Shown here piece after piece: positions 9,417 through 18,232 of a stretch of 64,000 nucleotides of DNA. Positions within the stretch are counted from its first letter, which is position 1. Each line of letters begins with the position of its first letter. This DNA comes from Terracidiphilus sp. (GTDB taxonomy: Bacteria; Acidobacteriota; Terriglobia; Terriglobales; Acidobacteriaceae): NCBI GenBank assembly GCA_049676965.1, contig JBAUBR010000097.1, positions 606-64,605 of the forward strand. The letters are read 5' to 3'. The notes below the pieces were generated by a model, which was given only the letters and a program-made list of their open reading frames with translations, had not been told where the DNA came from and did no database searches. Made by a program: the position numbers and the translations under genes.

Positions 9417-9908
9417 ATGAAGGCGGCGCAGGCCGCAGTCCTCGCGGTGTGCGTTTGCTTTTCGCTCGGCGCCACTGATGCCGGCACCCGCGTCGAAAGC
9501 CTCAGCCACCGCTTGATGTGCACCTGCGGCTGCGCACAACTGCTGGGCGAGTGCGACCATTATGGCTGTCCCGATCGCGGGCAGGAGTCCGACGAGTTAA
9601 ATGCCGCGGTCGCAGCCGGCAAAAGCGACCAGGATGTCTTCACGTCCTTTGTGGCAAAATATGGAGCCACGGTGCTGGCCGCGCCCACCACCCATGGCTT
9701 CGACCTGGTGGCGTGGATCGCTCCGTTCCTCGTGCTCGCCGCGGGATTGCTCGGTACCGTAATGCTGGTGCGCCGCTGGAAAATTGACCCCGCGGTTACG
9801 CAAAGTGCGGCAGCGGTATCCGATGCGGCGAGTCGGGATCCCGCCGCAACCGCATTGCGCGAAAGGATTCGACGGGAAACCGACTTCGATGGAGGCACCG
9901 GCCGATGA
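9417..9908 (+). CDS. ccmH: cytochrome c-type biogenesis protein CcmH/NrfF-like
   Basis: Signal peptide, Cys-rich motif LMCTCGCAQLLGECDHYGC, and a C-terminal TM helix. It directly follows ccmF. The start is at MKAAQAAV. Confidence 0.75.
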   Translation: MKAAQAAVLAVCVCFSLGATDAGTRVESLSHRLMCTCGCAQLLGECDHYGCPDRGQESDELNAAVAAGKSDQDVFTSFVAKYGATVLAAPTTHGFDLVAWIAPFLVLAAGLLGTVMLVRRWKIDPAVTQSAAAVSDAASRDPAATALRERIRRETDFDGGTGR

Positions 9909-10183
9909 CCGAATCGATGGGATTGATCTGCGGCGCGCTGCTGGCGCTCGCGCTGTTTGTTTACACCTTCTGGCCGGAAAACGCGTTTGCCAGCCAGCGC
10001 GAAAAAACCCGCCTCGATTTTCTGCTGGAGCGCAAGGAGCAGCTTTACGAGAACCTGCGTGACCTAAACTTCGAGTACCGCGCGGGCAAGTATCCCGAAG
10101 AGGATTTTCTAGCGCAACGCACCCAGCTCGAAAACGAAACCGCACAACTGCTGGCAGAAATCGAGCTACTGCAGCAAGCGTGA
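9905..10183 (+). CDS. small membrane-anchored coiled-coil protein, translationally coupled to ccmH
   Basis: 92 aa. ATGA overlap with the ccmH stop. One N-terminal TM helix is followed by a charged helix. Possibly CcmI-like, but I do not recognise it with confidence. Confidence 0.55.
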   Translation: MTESMGLICGALLALALFVYTFWPENAFASQREKTRLDFLLERKEQLYENLRDLNFEYRAGKYPEEDFLAQRTQLENETAQLLAEIELLQQA

Positions 10184-10207
10184 ATTCTTATTGCGATAAG
10201 GATTGCG

Positions 10208-10357
10208 CCTTGCAGATGGCTCGGACTGCAACGATTCCAGATGGCTCGGATTGCAATGATTCCAGATGTCTCGCAAAGAGATGATTCCAGATGACTCGCA
10301 AAGCGATAATTCCAGTTCGCTCGGATTGCAACGATTCTCGCCCCGCTGGCTGAGCGC
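10208..10357 (+). repeat. six degenerate tandem copies of a 25-nt unit
   Basis: GATTCCAGATGnCTCG-type cores start at 10208, 10233, 10258, 10283, 10308 and 10333, giving a period of 25. Confidence 0.85.
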
Positions 10358-10366
10358 GGTTCGAAT

Positions 10367-10435
10367 GAAGGGTACGGGCTTCAGCCCGTACATTTGAGGT
10401 CCAATAGAATCCGGGGCTTTAGCCCCTGAGGGATG
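10367..10435 (+). repeat. conserved two-hairpin interspersed module (copy 1)
   Basis: GAAGGGTACGGGCTTCAGCCCGTACAT, including the perfect hairpin GTACGGGC-TTCA-GCCCGTAC at 10372-10391. Further on come GGGGCTTTAGCCCC and CTGAGGGATG. The second copy is at 54523-54592. Confidence 0.85.
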
Positions 10436-10437
10436 TT

Positions 10438-11706
10438 TTGATCGGACTCATGAGATCGACGAAGGTATTTTCGCGGATCGCCGCTGCAAGCTTTTGCTTT
10501 TTTGCGCTTCTAGCTCACGCCGCCCAGATCACCGGCACGGTAACCAACAAGACCGACGGCAAGCCTGCCGCTGGCGATACGGTTGTCCTGGTCGATGTGC
10601 AGGCAGGCATGGCGGAAGTTGCTCGCGCCACTACTGACGCGCGTGGCCACTACTCGCTGAACAAGCCAGGCGCCGGGCCATATCTCGTTCGCGTAACTCA
10701 CCAGGGTGCGGGTTACTTCATTGCCGCGCCGGACGGCGCCGCTCCCGGAGATATTCCCGTGTACGATTCGGCGCCCAAGGTGGAAGGCATCTCCATCGAA
10801 GCCGATGTGCTCGAGCTCGAGACGGACAACGGGCAGCTCAAGGTGAACGAGCGCTACTTTGTGCACAACACCAGCTCTCCGCCGCGCACCGAGTACAGCA
10901 CGCATTCGCTGGAGATCGTAATCCCCGCCGATGCCGTGGTGGATGGCGCGGCCGCGCGCCGGCCAACCGGCCTTCCCACCTCGACCAATGTCACGCCCAC
11001 CAGCCAGAAAGGCCATTTTACCTTCGACTTTCCCATCCAGCCCGACGAAGGCGACAAGGACACGCTGTTCCAGGTGACCTATCACATTCCTTACAGCGGC
11101 AAATTCACATTCAAGCCGCAACTGCAGTTGCCTGCCGATAATGTCGCCGTGCTCATGCCCAAGGGCATGACCTTCGACTCCGGCCCGGGGCTCATGTTTC
11201 AGCCTGTCAACGAAGATCCCAACATTCAGACCTATGTAGCAAAGAATGCGACTCCGAGCAAGACGATCGAATTCACCGTCTCCGGAACGGGATCGATGCC
11301 GCGTGAAGGGCAGGGGCAGCCGGCCGCCGACAGCGGAGCTCAAAGTTCGGCTACTCCGGGCAGCCAACCCGGCGGCGGCATTGGCAATCCCATCGATACA
11401 CCCGACCCGCTGTCGAAGTACAAGTGGTGGATCCTCGCCGGCTTTACGCTGTTGCTCGCGGCTGCCGCGGCGTTTCTCTTGCGTAAGCCGGCCGTCGCCA
11501 CGGCCGGCGGCCCCGCGATTGCCGATGCTGCGGTGCCCGTGTTCGGTTCGCCCGCGGCAAAAAACACGGCCCTCTTGAACGTGCTCAAAGAAGAGCTTTT
11601 CGCTGTTGAGAGTGAAAAACTCTCCGGAAAGATGAGCCTCGACGAGTATGCCGAAGTGAAGTCGGCGCTTGAGACGGTGCTGAAGCGGGCGCTCAACAAT
11701 AAATAA
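10438..11706 (+). CDS. secreted CarboxypepD_reg-like domain protein with a C-terminal TM anchor
   Basis: Signal peptide, then AQITGTVTNKTDGKPAAGDTVVLVD...TDARGHYSL. A late TM helix (WWILAGFTLLLAAAAAFLL) is followed by a coiled-coil tail. The start is TTG 10438 (after GAGGGA) or ATG 10450. Confidence 0.75.
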   Translation: MIGLMRSTKVFSRIAAASFCFFALLAHAAQITGTVTNKTDGKPAAGDTVVLVDVQAGMAEVARATTDARGHYSLNKPGAGPYLVRVTHQGAGYFIAAPDGAAPGDIPVYDSAPKVEGISIEADVLELETDNGQLKVNERYFVHNTSSPPRTEYSTHSLEIVIPADAVVDGAAARRPTGLPTSTNVTPTSQKGHFTFDFPIQPDEGDKDTLFQVTYHIPYSGKFTFKPQLQLPADNVAVLMPKGMTFDSGPGLMFQPVNEDPNIQTYVAKNATPSKTIEFTVSGTGSMPREGQGQPAADSGAQSSATPGSQPGGGIGNPIDTPDPLSKYKWWILAGFTLLLAAAAAFLLRKPAVATAGGPAIADAAVPVFGSPAAKNTALLNVLKEELFAVESEKLSGKMSLDEYAEVKSALETVLKRALNNK

Positions 11707-11833
11707 GACTGAAAAATTGAATCGATTATCGGAGGACCTCAACATCGGGGTCGCCGATGCGTGCACGCTCCAAATTCCTGAACCCTCCCTACCGACGCGC
11801 GAATCCAAAGCGAGACAGGAGAAGAAGCGCCTC

Positions 11834-12577
11834 ATGGCACAAAAAATTGCATTCATCACCGGCGGAAATCGCGGAATTGGATTCCAGACTGCGCTCGAAT
11901 TGAAGGATGGCGGCGCGAAAGTCATCATCGGTTCGCGCGACCTCAAGCAGGGAGAACAGGCGGTCAAGAAGCTTCACGCCGCGGGCGTGGACGCCCACGT
12001 TCTTCAATTCGACGTGACAAACCCCGCGGACCACAAGGCCGCATACGACTACTTCAATTCGAAGTATGGACGTCTTGACATCCTTGTCAACAACGCCGGA
12101 ATCGCAGGCGGTACGTTTCCTGGAACCGGCCCCGAGCATTCGGCCGCCGATGTTCCCCTCGATCTGTTGCATCGCGTCTTCGAGACAAACTTCTTTTCCC
12201 AGGTGGCGCTTACCAAGACGCTGCTGCCGCTGCTCAAGAAGAGTCCCGCGGGCCGCATCGTCAACTTATCCAGCATCCTTGGTTCGCTCACCTTGCATGC
12301 CGACCCCAAGTCGCCCATCTACGACGCAAAATCGTTCGCGTATGACGCCTCGAAAAGCGCCCTCAACGCATTTACGATCCACCTGGCTTATGAATTGCGC
12401 GGCACGAACGTAAAGGTCAACTCCGCGCATCCCGGCTGGGTAAAGACCGACATGGGCGGCGAGCAGGCGCCGATGGAGATCACCGAAGGCGCCAAGACCA
12501 GCTTCGCACTGGCTACGCTAGCTGAAGACGGCCCCTCCGGCGGATACTTCCATCTCGGCAAGCCGCTGCCCTGGTAA
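11834..12577 (+). CDS. short-chain dehydrogenase/reductase (carbonyl-reductase-like)
   Basis: TGGNRGIG cofactor motif, NNAG, and the YDASKSALNAF catalytic YxxxK. The start is at MAQKIAFITGG. Confidence 0.9.
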   Translation: MAQKIAFITGGNRGIGFQTALELKDGGAKVIIGSRDLKQGEQAVKKLHAAGVDAHVLQFDVTNPADHKAAYDYFNSKYGRLDILVNNAGIAGGTFPGTGPEHSAADVPLDLLHRVFETNFFSQVALTKTLLPLLKKSPAGRIVNLSSILGSLTLHADPKSPIYDAKSFAYDASKSALNAFTIHLAYELRGTNVKVNSAHPGWVKTDMGGEQAPMEITEGAKTSFALATLAEDGPSGGYFHLGKPLPW

Positions 12578-12584
12578 GCGCGAA

Positions 12585-12932
12585 TTACTTCGGCTTCAGC
12601 GTCTTGACGTGCTCGTAGCTGATTTCCAGATATTTCTGCAGCGTCTTTGTGTTCTTCAAAAGGGCGGCGGGCACCGTCGCCCAATCCTTCTTTACCGCGC
12701 CATAGCTTTCGAAGAGAGTTGTCTTGTATTTCTTCAGGAATGTGTGCAGTTCCTCTTCCGGAAGCCGAATCCCCATCGTGCCTGTCTGGTCCAGATAAGT
12801 AAACATGTGGCCGCTTACCGACGTATAGGGATGAACGTCTCCCCTCTGCTCGATCTTGGGATTCGTAGCAATGAGCTTTTCGTATAACTGCAGGCTCTCA
12901 ACGGGGATTGCGCTCTTTTTCTTGGTCGCCAT
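12585..12932 (-). CDS. conserved hypothetical small protein
   Basis: 115 aa with a clean ORF and protein-like composition. Convergent with the SDR gene. I do not recognise the family. Confidence 0.65.
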   Translation of the reverse strand: MATKKKSAIPVESLQLYEKLIATNPKIEQRGDVHPYTSVSGHMFTYLDQTGTMGIRLPEEELHTFLKKYKTTLFESYGAVKKDWATVPAALLKNTKTLQKYLEISYEHVKTLKPK

Positions 12933-12949
12933 GCACCTCTCCTTTCCCT

Positions 12950-14497
12950 TTACTCAGCCTGCCGGGTTGCTCTTATTACAATGTCCTCTTTGAACGGAGG
13001 CAATGTAACTTCGGTCTTATCGCCGCCTCGGACTTCAATCGCCGGAGAGTATTCGCCAGTCACCGGCGAATAAAGCCACAAATCATAAGTTCCCGCCGGA
13101 AGCGAAACGGTGACCTTTCCCGCAATTGACTCTCCAGCCGTCGGATCTGCTAATTCGCGATCGTCCGCCATATAGGCCACAAAATCCCGTCCGGACGCAG
13201 CCAGGGAAGATACCACCAGGTGCTGCGGCTGCGCGGCGATCCAGTCCGGCGCGGGCTTCGAATGTACATAGTCGAATGAGTCCATGAACTCGGACAGATG
13301 TTGCATCCAGGCCCGGATGGCCGCGCGCGAGGCAGCGGTACCGGCCTCGCTGCCGACCGTGATCGAAAAATCGATGTAATCGTAATGGCAACCGCTGAAG
13401 AGGGCCGTCCATGATCGTTTGCGGTGAATCGTCCAGCCCGTCAAGTCGCGATACATGCTTGCGGCATTGTCTTCGTCGAGAACGACCGGCTTCGGCCGTT
13501 GATAAGTGACGCGGCAGAAGCCCTGCACGCCGTCAAGCCGTAGCTGCTTCGACATAAAGTCGCCCATGTCGAATGTTTTGCTGTCGAATTGCGTGTTCGG
13601 CAGCGGATGGTCGTTCACGATATCGAAGTTCTTACTGTTGAAAGTCGCATCCATGGGAAACGCGTTCTCCTTGCCGTAGCTGAAGGCCTGCTGGCCGGAG
13701 AGCAAATGCGGATGGTTCTGGCGCTGCATTTCTTCGCGCAGAACCCGCGCCATTTCGGTCTGCCAGGCGTCTACATCTGCGCTGCTCGCGTGGCCGGGAA
13801 CACCGCCGCCCGGCTCATTGCAGATCTCGTAATAAACGTTGTCGTACCCGCTGGTCTCCTGAATGATTTTTCGGGCGAACGCGGTCTGTCGCCGCACAAG
13901 TTCGGGATCTTTCAGTGAAATATAATCCTCCCATTCGACCGCTCCGACGTGCTGCAAGTTATTCGCCGCGCGCAACGGGTTCAGCGCCCAGATGTTATCT
14001 ACATAAGTATTGCTAAAAACTGTTAACTCGACGACGATGCCTCGCTTTGATGCCGCGTCGAGAAAGCGGTGCAAACGATCGAAGTACTCTGGGTTCCACT
14101 TATCCAGGTCATACATCGGTTCGCCGTCCATGGCTTTGCCCGGTCCAGTGCGGAGGTAAGGCGAGATGTAGTCAGGCGATTCGGGCTTGCACGGCGACGA
14201 CGGATTGCGGGCGCTCTGCAACTCGCGATAAAGCAGAAACGTCCGCGTGACGGTTATCTTGTGCTTTTGAGCGTCGTCCAGATATTTCTCAAAATCGAAG
14301 GGACGGTTGATGACCGATCCATAGTGCTCGGATGCGGAGACAAGGACCAGCGGCTTGCCGCGAAAGACAAGATACTTCGGGTTCTCGGGATCGATTTTGA
14401 CTGCGTCCTGAGCGTGCAGCGCGGCTGAAGTCGCCACACATAAGACCAACATCTCCATCCAAAAAGTGCGGCTGAACATAGGTTTCCTGTGCTCCAT
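12950..14497 (-). CDS. secreted glycoside hydrolase, GH5-like TIM barrel
   Basis: Signal peptide (MLVLCVATSAALHAQ). YYEICNEPGG resembles the NEP acid/base motif of clan GH-A enzymes. Confidence 0.7.
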   Translation of the reverse strand: MEHRKPMFSRTFWMEMLVLCVATSAALHAQDAVKIDPENPKYLVFRGKPLVLVSASEHYGSVINRPFDFEKYLDDAQKHKITVTRTFLLYRELQSARNPSSPCKPESPDYISPYLRTGPGKAMDGEPMYDLDKWNPEYFDRLHRFLDAASKRGIVVELTVFSNTYVDNIWALNPLRAANNLQHVGAVEWEDYISLKDPELVRRQTAFARKIIQETSGYDNVYYEICNEPGGGVPGHASSADVDAWQTEMARVLREEMQRQNHPHLLSGQQAFSYGKENAFPMDATFNSKNFDIVNDHPLPNTQFDSKTFDMGDFMSKQLRLDGVQGFCRVTYQRPKPVVLDEDNAASMYRDLTGWTIHRKRSWTALFSGCHYDYIDFSITVGSEAGTAASRAAIRAWMQHLSEFMDSFDYVHSKPAPDWIAAQPQHLVVSSLAASGRDFVAYMADDRELADPTAGESIAGKVTVSLPAGTYDLWLYSPVTGEYSPAIEVRGGDKTEVTLPPFKEDIVIRATRQAE

Positions 14498-14621
14498 CTT
14501 GTGATCCTTTTTCCGCGGCGAACCGAATACTACTTCCGGTGACGGGAACAGTCAAGAATCGGCGCATTGAGGATTACCGCAATTTTCCCGAACGACGATT
14601 GCGAGCAAGGAGTATCGCGGT

Positions 14622-15113
14622 TCAGGCTCGCGCCGTCTCTGCTTTGGCTACCAGCACCACCGTTGCGAGCCCAAACAAAATGATTGCTTGTTCAACGTAC
14701 ACGCTCCTGTTGTGGAGCTTGTTGAAGTCGGCGGTGTAGGGGCTGGCTATGTCGTTAGTGTCGATCGATCCTCCCGCGGCAATGCGATCGCGCTCCATCG
14801 TCGGAATGATGCCGAATTGGGAGTAAGCCGTGAGTGCGATCATGATCAGGATGAGAATCATGGGCGCCATCACCGTTCGCGGTTTGTAAATGTTCCATGC
14901 CGGGGCAAGAGCCAGCAGGGCCAGCAATACGATTCCGCAGACGAATCCCATGCCGTGCAGATTGCGCAGCAGCGAGCCCACAATCGTCCCGGCGCTGTGC
15001 GGATCGGTCCGCAGCGTAGTGAATGCCGTGGCGGCGACCACAGGAAGGAAGATCTCCGCGCCCAGCCAGACGATGAGCGCGAGGTAAAGCAGCGTGCGAA
15101 GGAGAGTCTTCAT
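14622..15113 (-). CDS. integral membrane protein (DUF4149-like)
   Basis: About 163 aa from MKTLLRTLLYLALIVWLGAEIF, with 4 predicted TM helices. Confidence 0.6.
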   Translation of the reverse strand: MKTLLRTLLYLALIVWLGAEIFLPVVAATAFTTLRTDPHSAGTIVGSLLRNLHGMGFVCGIVLLALLALAPAWNIYKPRTVMAPMILILIMIALTAYSQFGIIPTMERDRIAAGGSIDTNDIASPYTADFNKLHNRSVYVEQAIILFGLATVVLVAKAETARA

Positions 15114-15217
15114 GCGCGTAAGGATACTAGGGACGGGGGACGAGGTGCGAAATTCCATTGCACCTCGGACGCCGGCGACTTACCAGCGCGCATAGATGCG
15201 CGGTAAAATGGAGATGC

Positions 15218-16150
15218 ATGGATCTCCCGCCGGAAAACTCACTCGCACAATTTACAGCGCCTGCCATTGAAACCGATCCGCGGCGTGCGGCCGACCTGTT
15301 TGAGCAGGCGGTGAGCATCATGGCGAGGCTTCGCGCACCGGGTGGCTGCCCCTGGGATCGCGAGCAATCGTTCGATTCCATCCGCAAATACACGCTCGAA
15401 GAGGCCTACGAAGTTTTCGACGCCATCGAGCGCCGCGACTGGCCGCATCTCGCGGAGGAACTGGGCGACCTTCTGCTGCAGGTGTTGTTTTATGCGGAGA
15501 TGGCCGCCAACGAGGGCCGCTTCACAGTCGCCGACGTGCTGGACCACCTGAATCGCAAGCTCATCCGCCGGCATCCGCACGTATTCGGCGAAGAAGCTTC
15601 GCGCGCGGCGGGAAATCGCGCGGATGTGGACGCAGATGTGGAGGGTTCGGCGATCGCAGTTCTTCGCAACTGGGAGGAGATCAAGGCGGCGGAAAAGAAT
15701 CGGGCCGGAAGCTCCGATGGCGCGTCAACCTCGCGGCTGGCGACCGTGCAACGGGCGCTCCCTGCGCTGGCTGAAGCTGCGCAACTTGGCGCCAAGGCGC
15801 GCAAGGCCGGCTTCGATTGGCCGCAATGGCGTGACCTGCTGCCCAAGTTGGCGGAGGAGATCAGGGAACTCGAAGCGGAAGCCGATTCCGGCGATCCGGC
15901 GCGAAACCCGGCCGTTGAGGCCGAGCTGGGCGATCTGTTGTTCACCGCGGTGAATTTGGGCCGGCATCTAGATGTGGACGCGGAGATGGCGCTGCGCGGA
16001 TGCAATCTGCGCTTCCGGCAGCGGTTCCGGCAGATGGAGCTCGACGCGGCGCAGCCGTTGGAGGAGCTTCCGCCCGATGCGCTCGAAGCGCTGTGGGCGC
16101 AGGCGAAGCGCAAGCTCGCCCAAGCATCCGGCGCGGAGGTCCCGCGATGA
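15218..16150 (+). CDS. mazG: nucleoside triphosphate pyrophosphohydrolase MazG
   Basis: CPWDREQSFDSIRKYTLEEAYEVFDAIE, and two EELGDLL-type MazG repeats. Confidence 0.9.
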   Translation: MDLPPENSLAQFTAPAIETDPRRAADLFEQAVSIMARLRAPGGCPWDREQSFDSIRKYTLEEAYEVFDAIERRDWPHLAEELGDLLLQVLFYAEMAANEGRFTVADVLDHLNRKLIRRHPHVFGEEASRAAGNRADVDADVEGSAIAVLRNWEEIKAAEKNRAGSSDGASTSRLATVQRALPALAEAAQLGAKARKAGFDWPQWRDLLPKLAEEIRELEAEADSGDPARNPAVEAELGDLLFTAVNLGRHLDVDAEMALRGCNLRFRQRFRQMELDAAQPLEELPPDALEALWAQAKRKLAQASGAEVPR

Positions 16151-16956
16151 TCGTGATTCGTTCCTGCGAGGGGTTCGATGAACTGGAAGCTTGCGTCCAG
16201 CTCGAAATCGACACCTGGGGCTACGACCCGGCCGATATCGTGCCACGCAAGTCGTTCTTATTGGGACAGAAAATCGGTGGTCAGGTGATCGGTGCATTCG
16301 ACACGGATCTTCCCGGCGCGCTTCCGCAGGGTGGCCCGGAATCGCTGGTCGGATTCGCCTTCTCTTTGCCCGGAATAAAGACCGGCCAAGGCGAACCGCG
16401 GCCATATCTCCACTCCCACATGCTGGCCGTGAAGGAATCGCACCGCAACCGGGGGCTCGGCGCACAACTCAAACTGAAACAGCGGGATGAAGCGCTTTCG
16501 CGCGGTATACGGCACATGGAATGGACGTTCGATCCGCTGGAGATTAAAAACGCTTTCCTCAATATCCACAAGCTGGGGGCTGTTGTTTGTGCATATCGGG
16601 TGGATTTCTATGGTATATCCTCATCTCGTCTGCAGGGTGGGCTTCCAACGGACCGGCTGCTGGCGGAGTGGTGCCTTGATTCGCCAAGAGTGATGGCCAT
16701 CCTGGAAAACCGTCCGATAGTCGAATGCATCGTAAAGGAACGAATCAAAGTTCCAGCCTCAATCTATGAGTGGAAGGCCTCCGAAGGAGGACGCGAACGA
16801 GCTCTTTCAGTTCAGTTGGAAAACCGGGAGAAGTTTCAGCGGGCATTTTCGCGAGGCCTGGCCGTAATCGGCTTCCAGCGGGATGCTGAAGGAAATGGAA
16901 TCTTCGAACTAGGTTCCCCCAACCAAACCGAATCGTGTCTAGAGTCAGGAACCTGA
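16147..16956 (+). CDS. GNAT-fold acyltransferase-like protein
   Basis: ATGA overlap with the mazG stop. HRNRGLGAQLKLKQRDEALSRG...WTFDPLEIKNAFLNIHKLGA fits a GNAT acyl-CoA site. It sits 8 nt upstream of the enolase-superfamily gene. Confidence 0.65.
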   Translation: MIVIRSCEGFDELEACVQLEIDTWGYDPADIVPRKSFLLGQKIGGQVIGAFDTDLPGALPQGGPESLVGFAFSLPGIKTGQGEPRPYLHSHMLAVKESHRNRGLGAQLKLKQRDEALSRGIRHMEWTFDPLEIKNAFLNIHKLGAVVCAYRVDFYGISSSRLQGGLPTDRLLAEWCLDSPRVMAILENRPIVECIVKERIKVPASIYEWKASEGGRERALSVQLENREKFQRAFSRGLAVIGFQRDAEGNGIFELGSPNQTESCLESGT

Positions 16957-16963
16957 AAAATCT

Positions 16964-18088
16964 ATGAGAATCGATGCAATCATCCTTCGCGAACTGCACC
17001 TGCCCTTGGTGCGCCCGTTTGAAACCAGCTTCGGCGTCACACGCGACCGTCGCATCCTGCTTGCCGAAATCCGGTCGGAAGGCCTCACCGGATGGGGTGA
17101 GTGCACGGCGGGCGAGCGGCCATTTTTCTCCGCCGAATCGACCGACACCGCCTGGCAGGTGATCACAAAAGAACTGGGCCCCATGCTGGCGGCGGAATCG
17201 CCGCAGCATGGCGGCGATTGCCCCAGGATCTTCCGCCAGGTGCGCGGAAACCGCATGGCCAAGGCCGCGCTGGAGAACGCGATCTGGGACCTTGAAGCGC
17301 AGCGCGAAGGCGTCTCGCTGTCGCAAATGCTGGGCGGCGTGCGCGAGACGATTCCATGCGGCGTTTCCCTGGGCATTCAGTCTTCCATTCCCGAGCTGCT
17401 TTCGATTATCGAAAGGGAGCTGGCTGCGGGCTACCAGCGCATCAAGCTCAAATGCAAGCCCGGCTGGGATATCGAGGTATTTGAACGCGTGCGCAGCCGC
17501 TGGCCCGGGATCATGCTCAGTTGCGATGCGAACTCCGCCTACCGGCTGGGAGACATCGAGCACCTGGTAGGCTTTGAAGCGTTCGACCTCCTCATGATCG
17601 AACAGCCGCTGTGGCACGACGACTTCTACTACCACTCCATGCTGCAAAAGCAAATGCGGACGGCCATCTGCCTGGATGAGTCGATCCGCAACCGGCGCGA
17701 CGCGCTGGCTGCCATCGAGATGGAGTCGTGCCGGATCATCAATATCAAGCTGGGGCGCGTGGGCGGGTTCTCCGAGGCGATTCACGTGCACAATGCGGCG
17801 CAGGAGCGCGGCATTCCGGTGTGGTGCGGTGGAATGTTGGAGTCCGGAGTGGGGCGCGCGCATAATATCGCGCTGGCGTCGCTCGAAAACTTCTCGCTGC
17901 CGGGCGACGTTTCGGCTTCGGCCCGCTATTGGCGCGAAGACATCATCGAGCCGGAGGTCACGGTCTCGCCGCAGGGTGAGATCGTCATTCCCGACGGTCC
18001 CGGCCGCGGCTACGAAGTAAGGACCGAACTGGTCGAGCGGCTGACCGTGCGCAAGGAGACGATTCGCGCCTTTGCCCTGGTGGGTTGA
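16964..18088 (+). CDS. o-succinylbenzoate synthase / N-acylamino-acid racemase family (enolase superfamily)
   Basis: 374 aa with the KLKxKPGW, SCDANSAY and MIEQP metal/base motifs typical of the MenC/NSAR subgroup. Confidence 0.85.
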   Translation: MRIDAIILRELHLPLVRPFETSFGVTRDRRILLAEIRSEGLTGWGECTAGERPFFSAESTDTAWQVITKELGPMLAAESPQHGGDCPRIFRQVRGNRMAKAALENAIWDLEAQREGVSLSQMLGGVRETIPCGVSLGIQSSIPELLSIIERELAAGYQRIKLKCKPGWDIEVFERVRSRWPGIMLSCDANSAYRLGDIEHLVGFEAFDLLMIEQPLWHDDFYYHSMLQKQMRTAICLDESIRNRRDALAAIEMESCRIINIKLGRVGGFSEAIHVHNAAQERGIPVWCGGMLESGVGRAHNIALASLENFSLPGDVSASARYWREDIIEPEVTVSPQGEIVIPDGPGRGYEVRTELVERLTVRKETIRAFALVG

Positions 18089-18232
18089 GAACCCGCTGCC
18101 CTCGTGGATAGAGGAACCGCGCAGCCTTCCGATGCGTACATCTTTCTGGCGGCGCAACTTTGCAGGCGCGTGCGCGTCTTATGCTGAGGCGCGCCCGGCG
18201 CAAGTCGTTGCCGGCTGCCGGAGGTTGATGAA

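Noticed and set aside
10208-10357. Possible CRISPR array, and likewise at 54432-54523.
   Set aside because: The units are directly abutting degenerate tandem repeats (period 25 and 23) with no unique spacers. No cas genes are nearby.
10166-10393. Small ORFs sharing MYGLKPVPF (10166-10393 and 54424-54630), which could be mistaken for a conserved small protein family.
   Set aside because: The shared peptide is the reverse-strand translation of the conserved hairpin GTACGGGCTTCAGCCCGTAC. The rest of each ORF is translated tandem repeat and is not conserved between the two.
10510-11967. Long antisense or alternate-frame ORFs. Examples are 10510-11967 (485 aa), 16745-18157 (470 aa), 3819-4784, 35351-36091, 40687-41898, 49725-50513, 50574-51581, 56626-57396, 37880-38731 and 53289-54047.
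   Set aside because: Each lies opposite or out of frame to a gene with clear family motifs. They have Arg/Ala/Gly/Pro-rich, stop-poor composition, which is typical of spurious frames in high-GC DNA. None has recognisable motifs.
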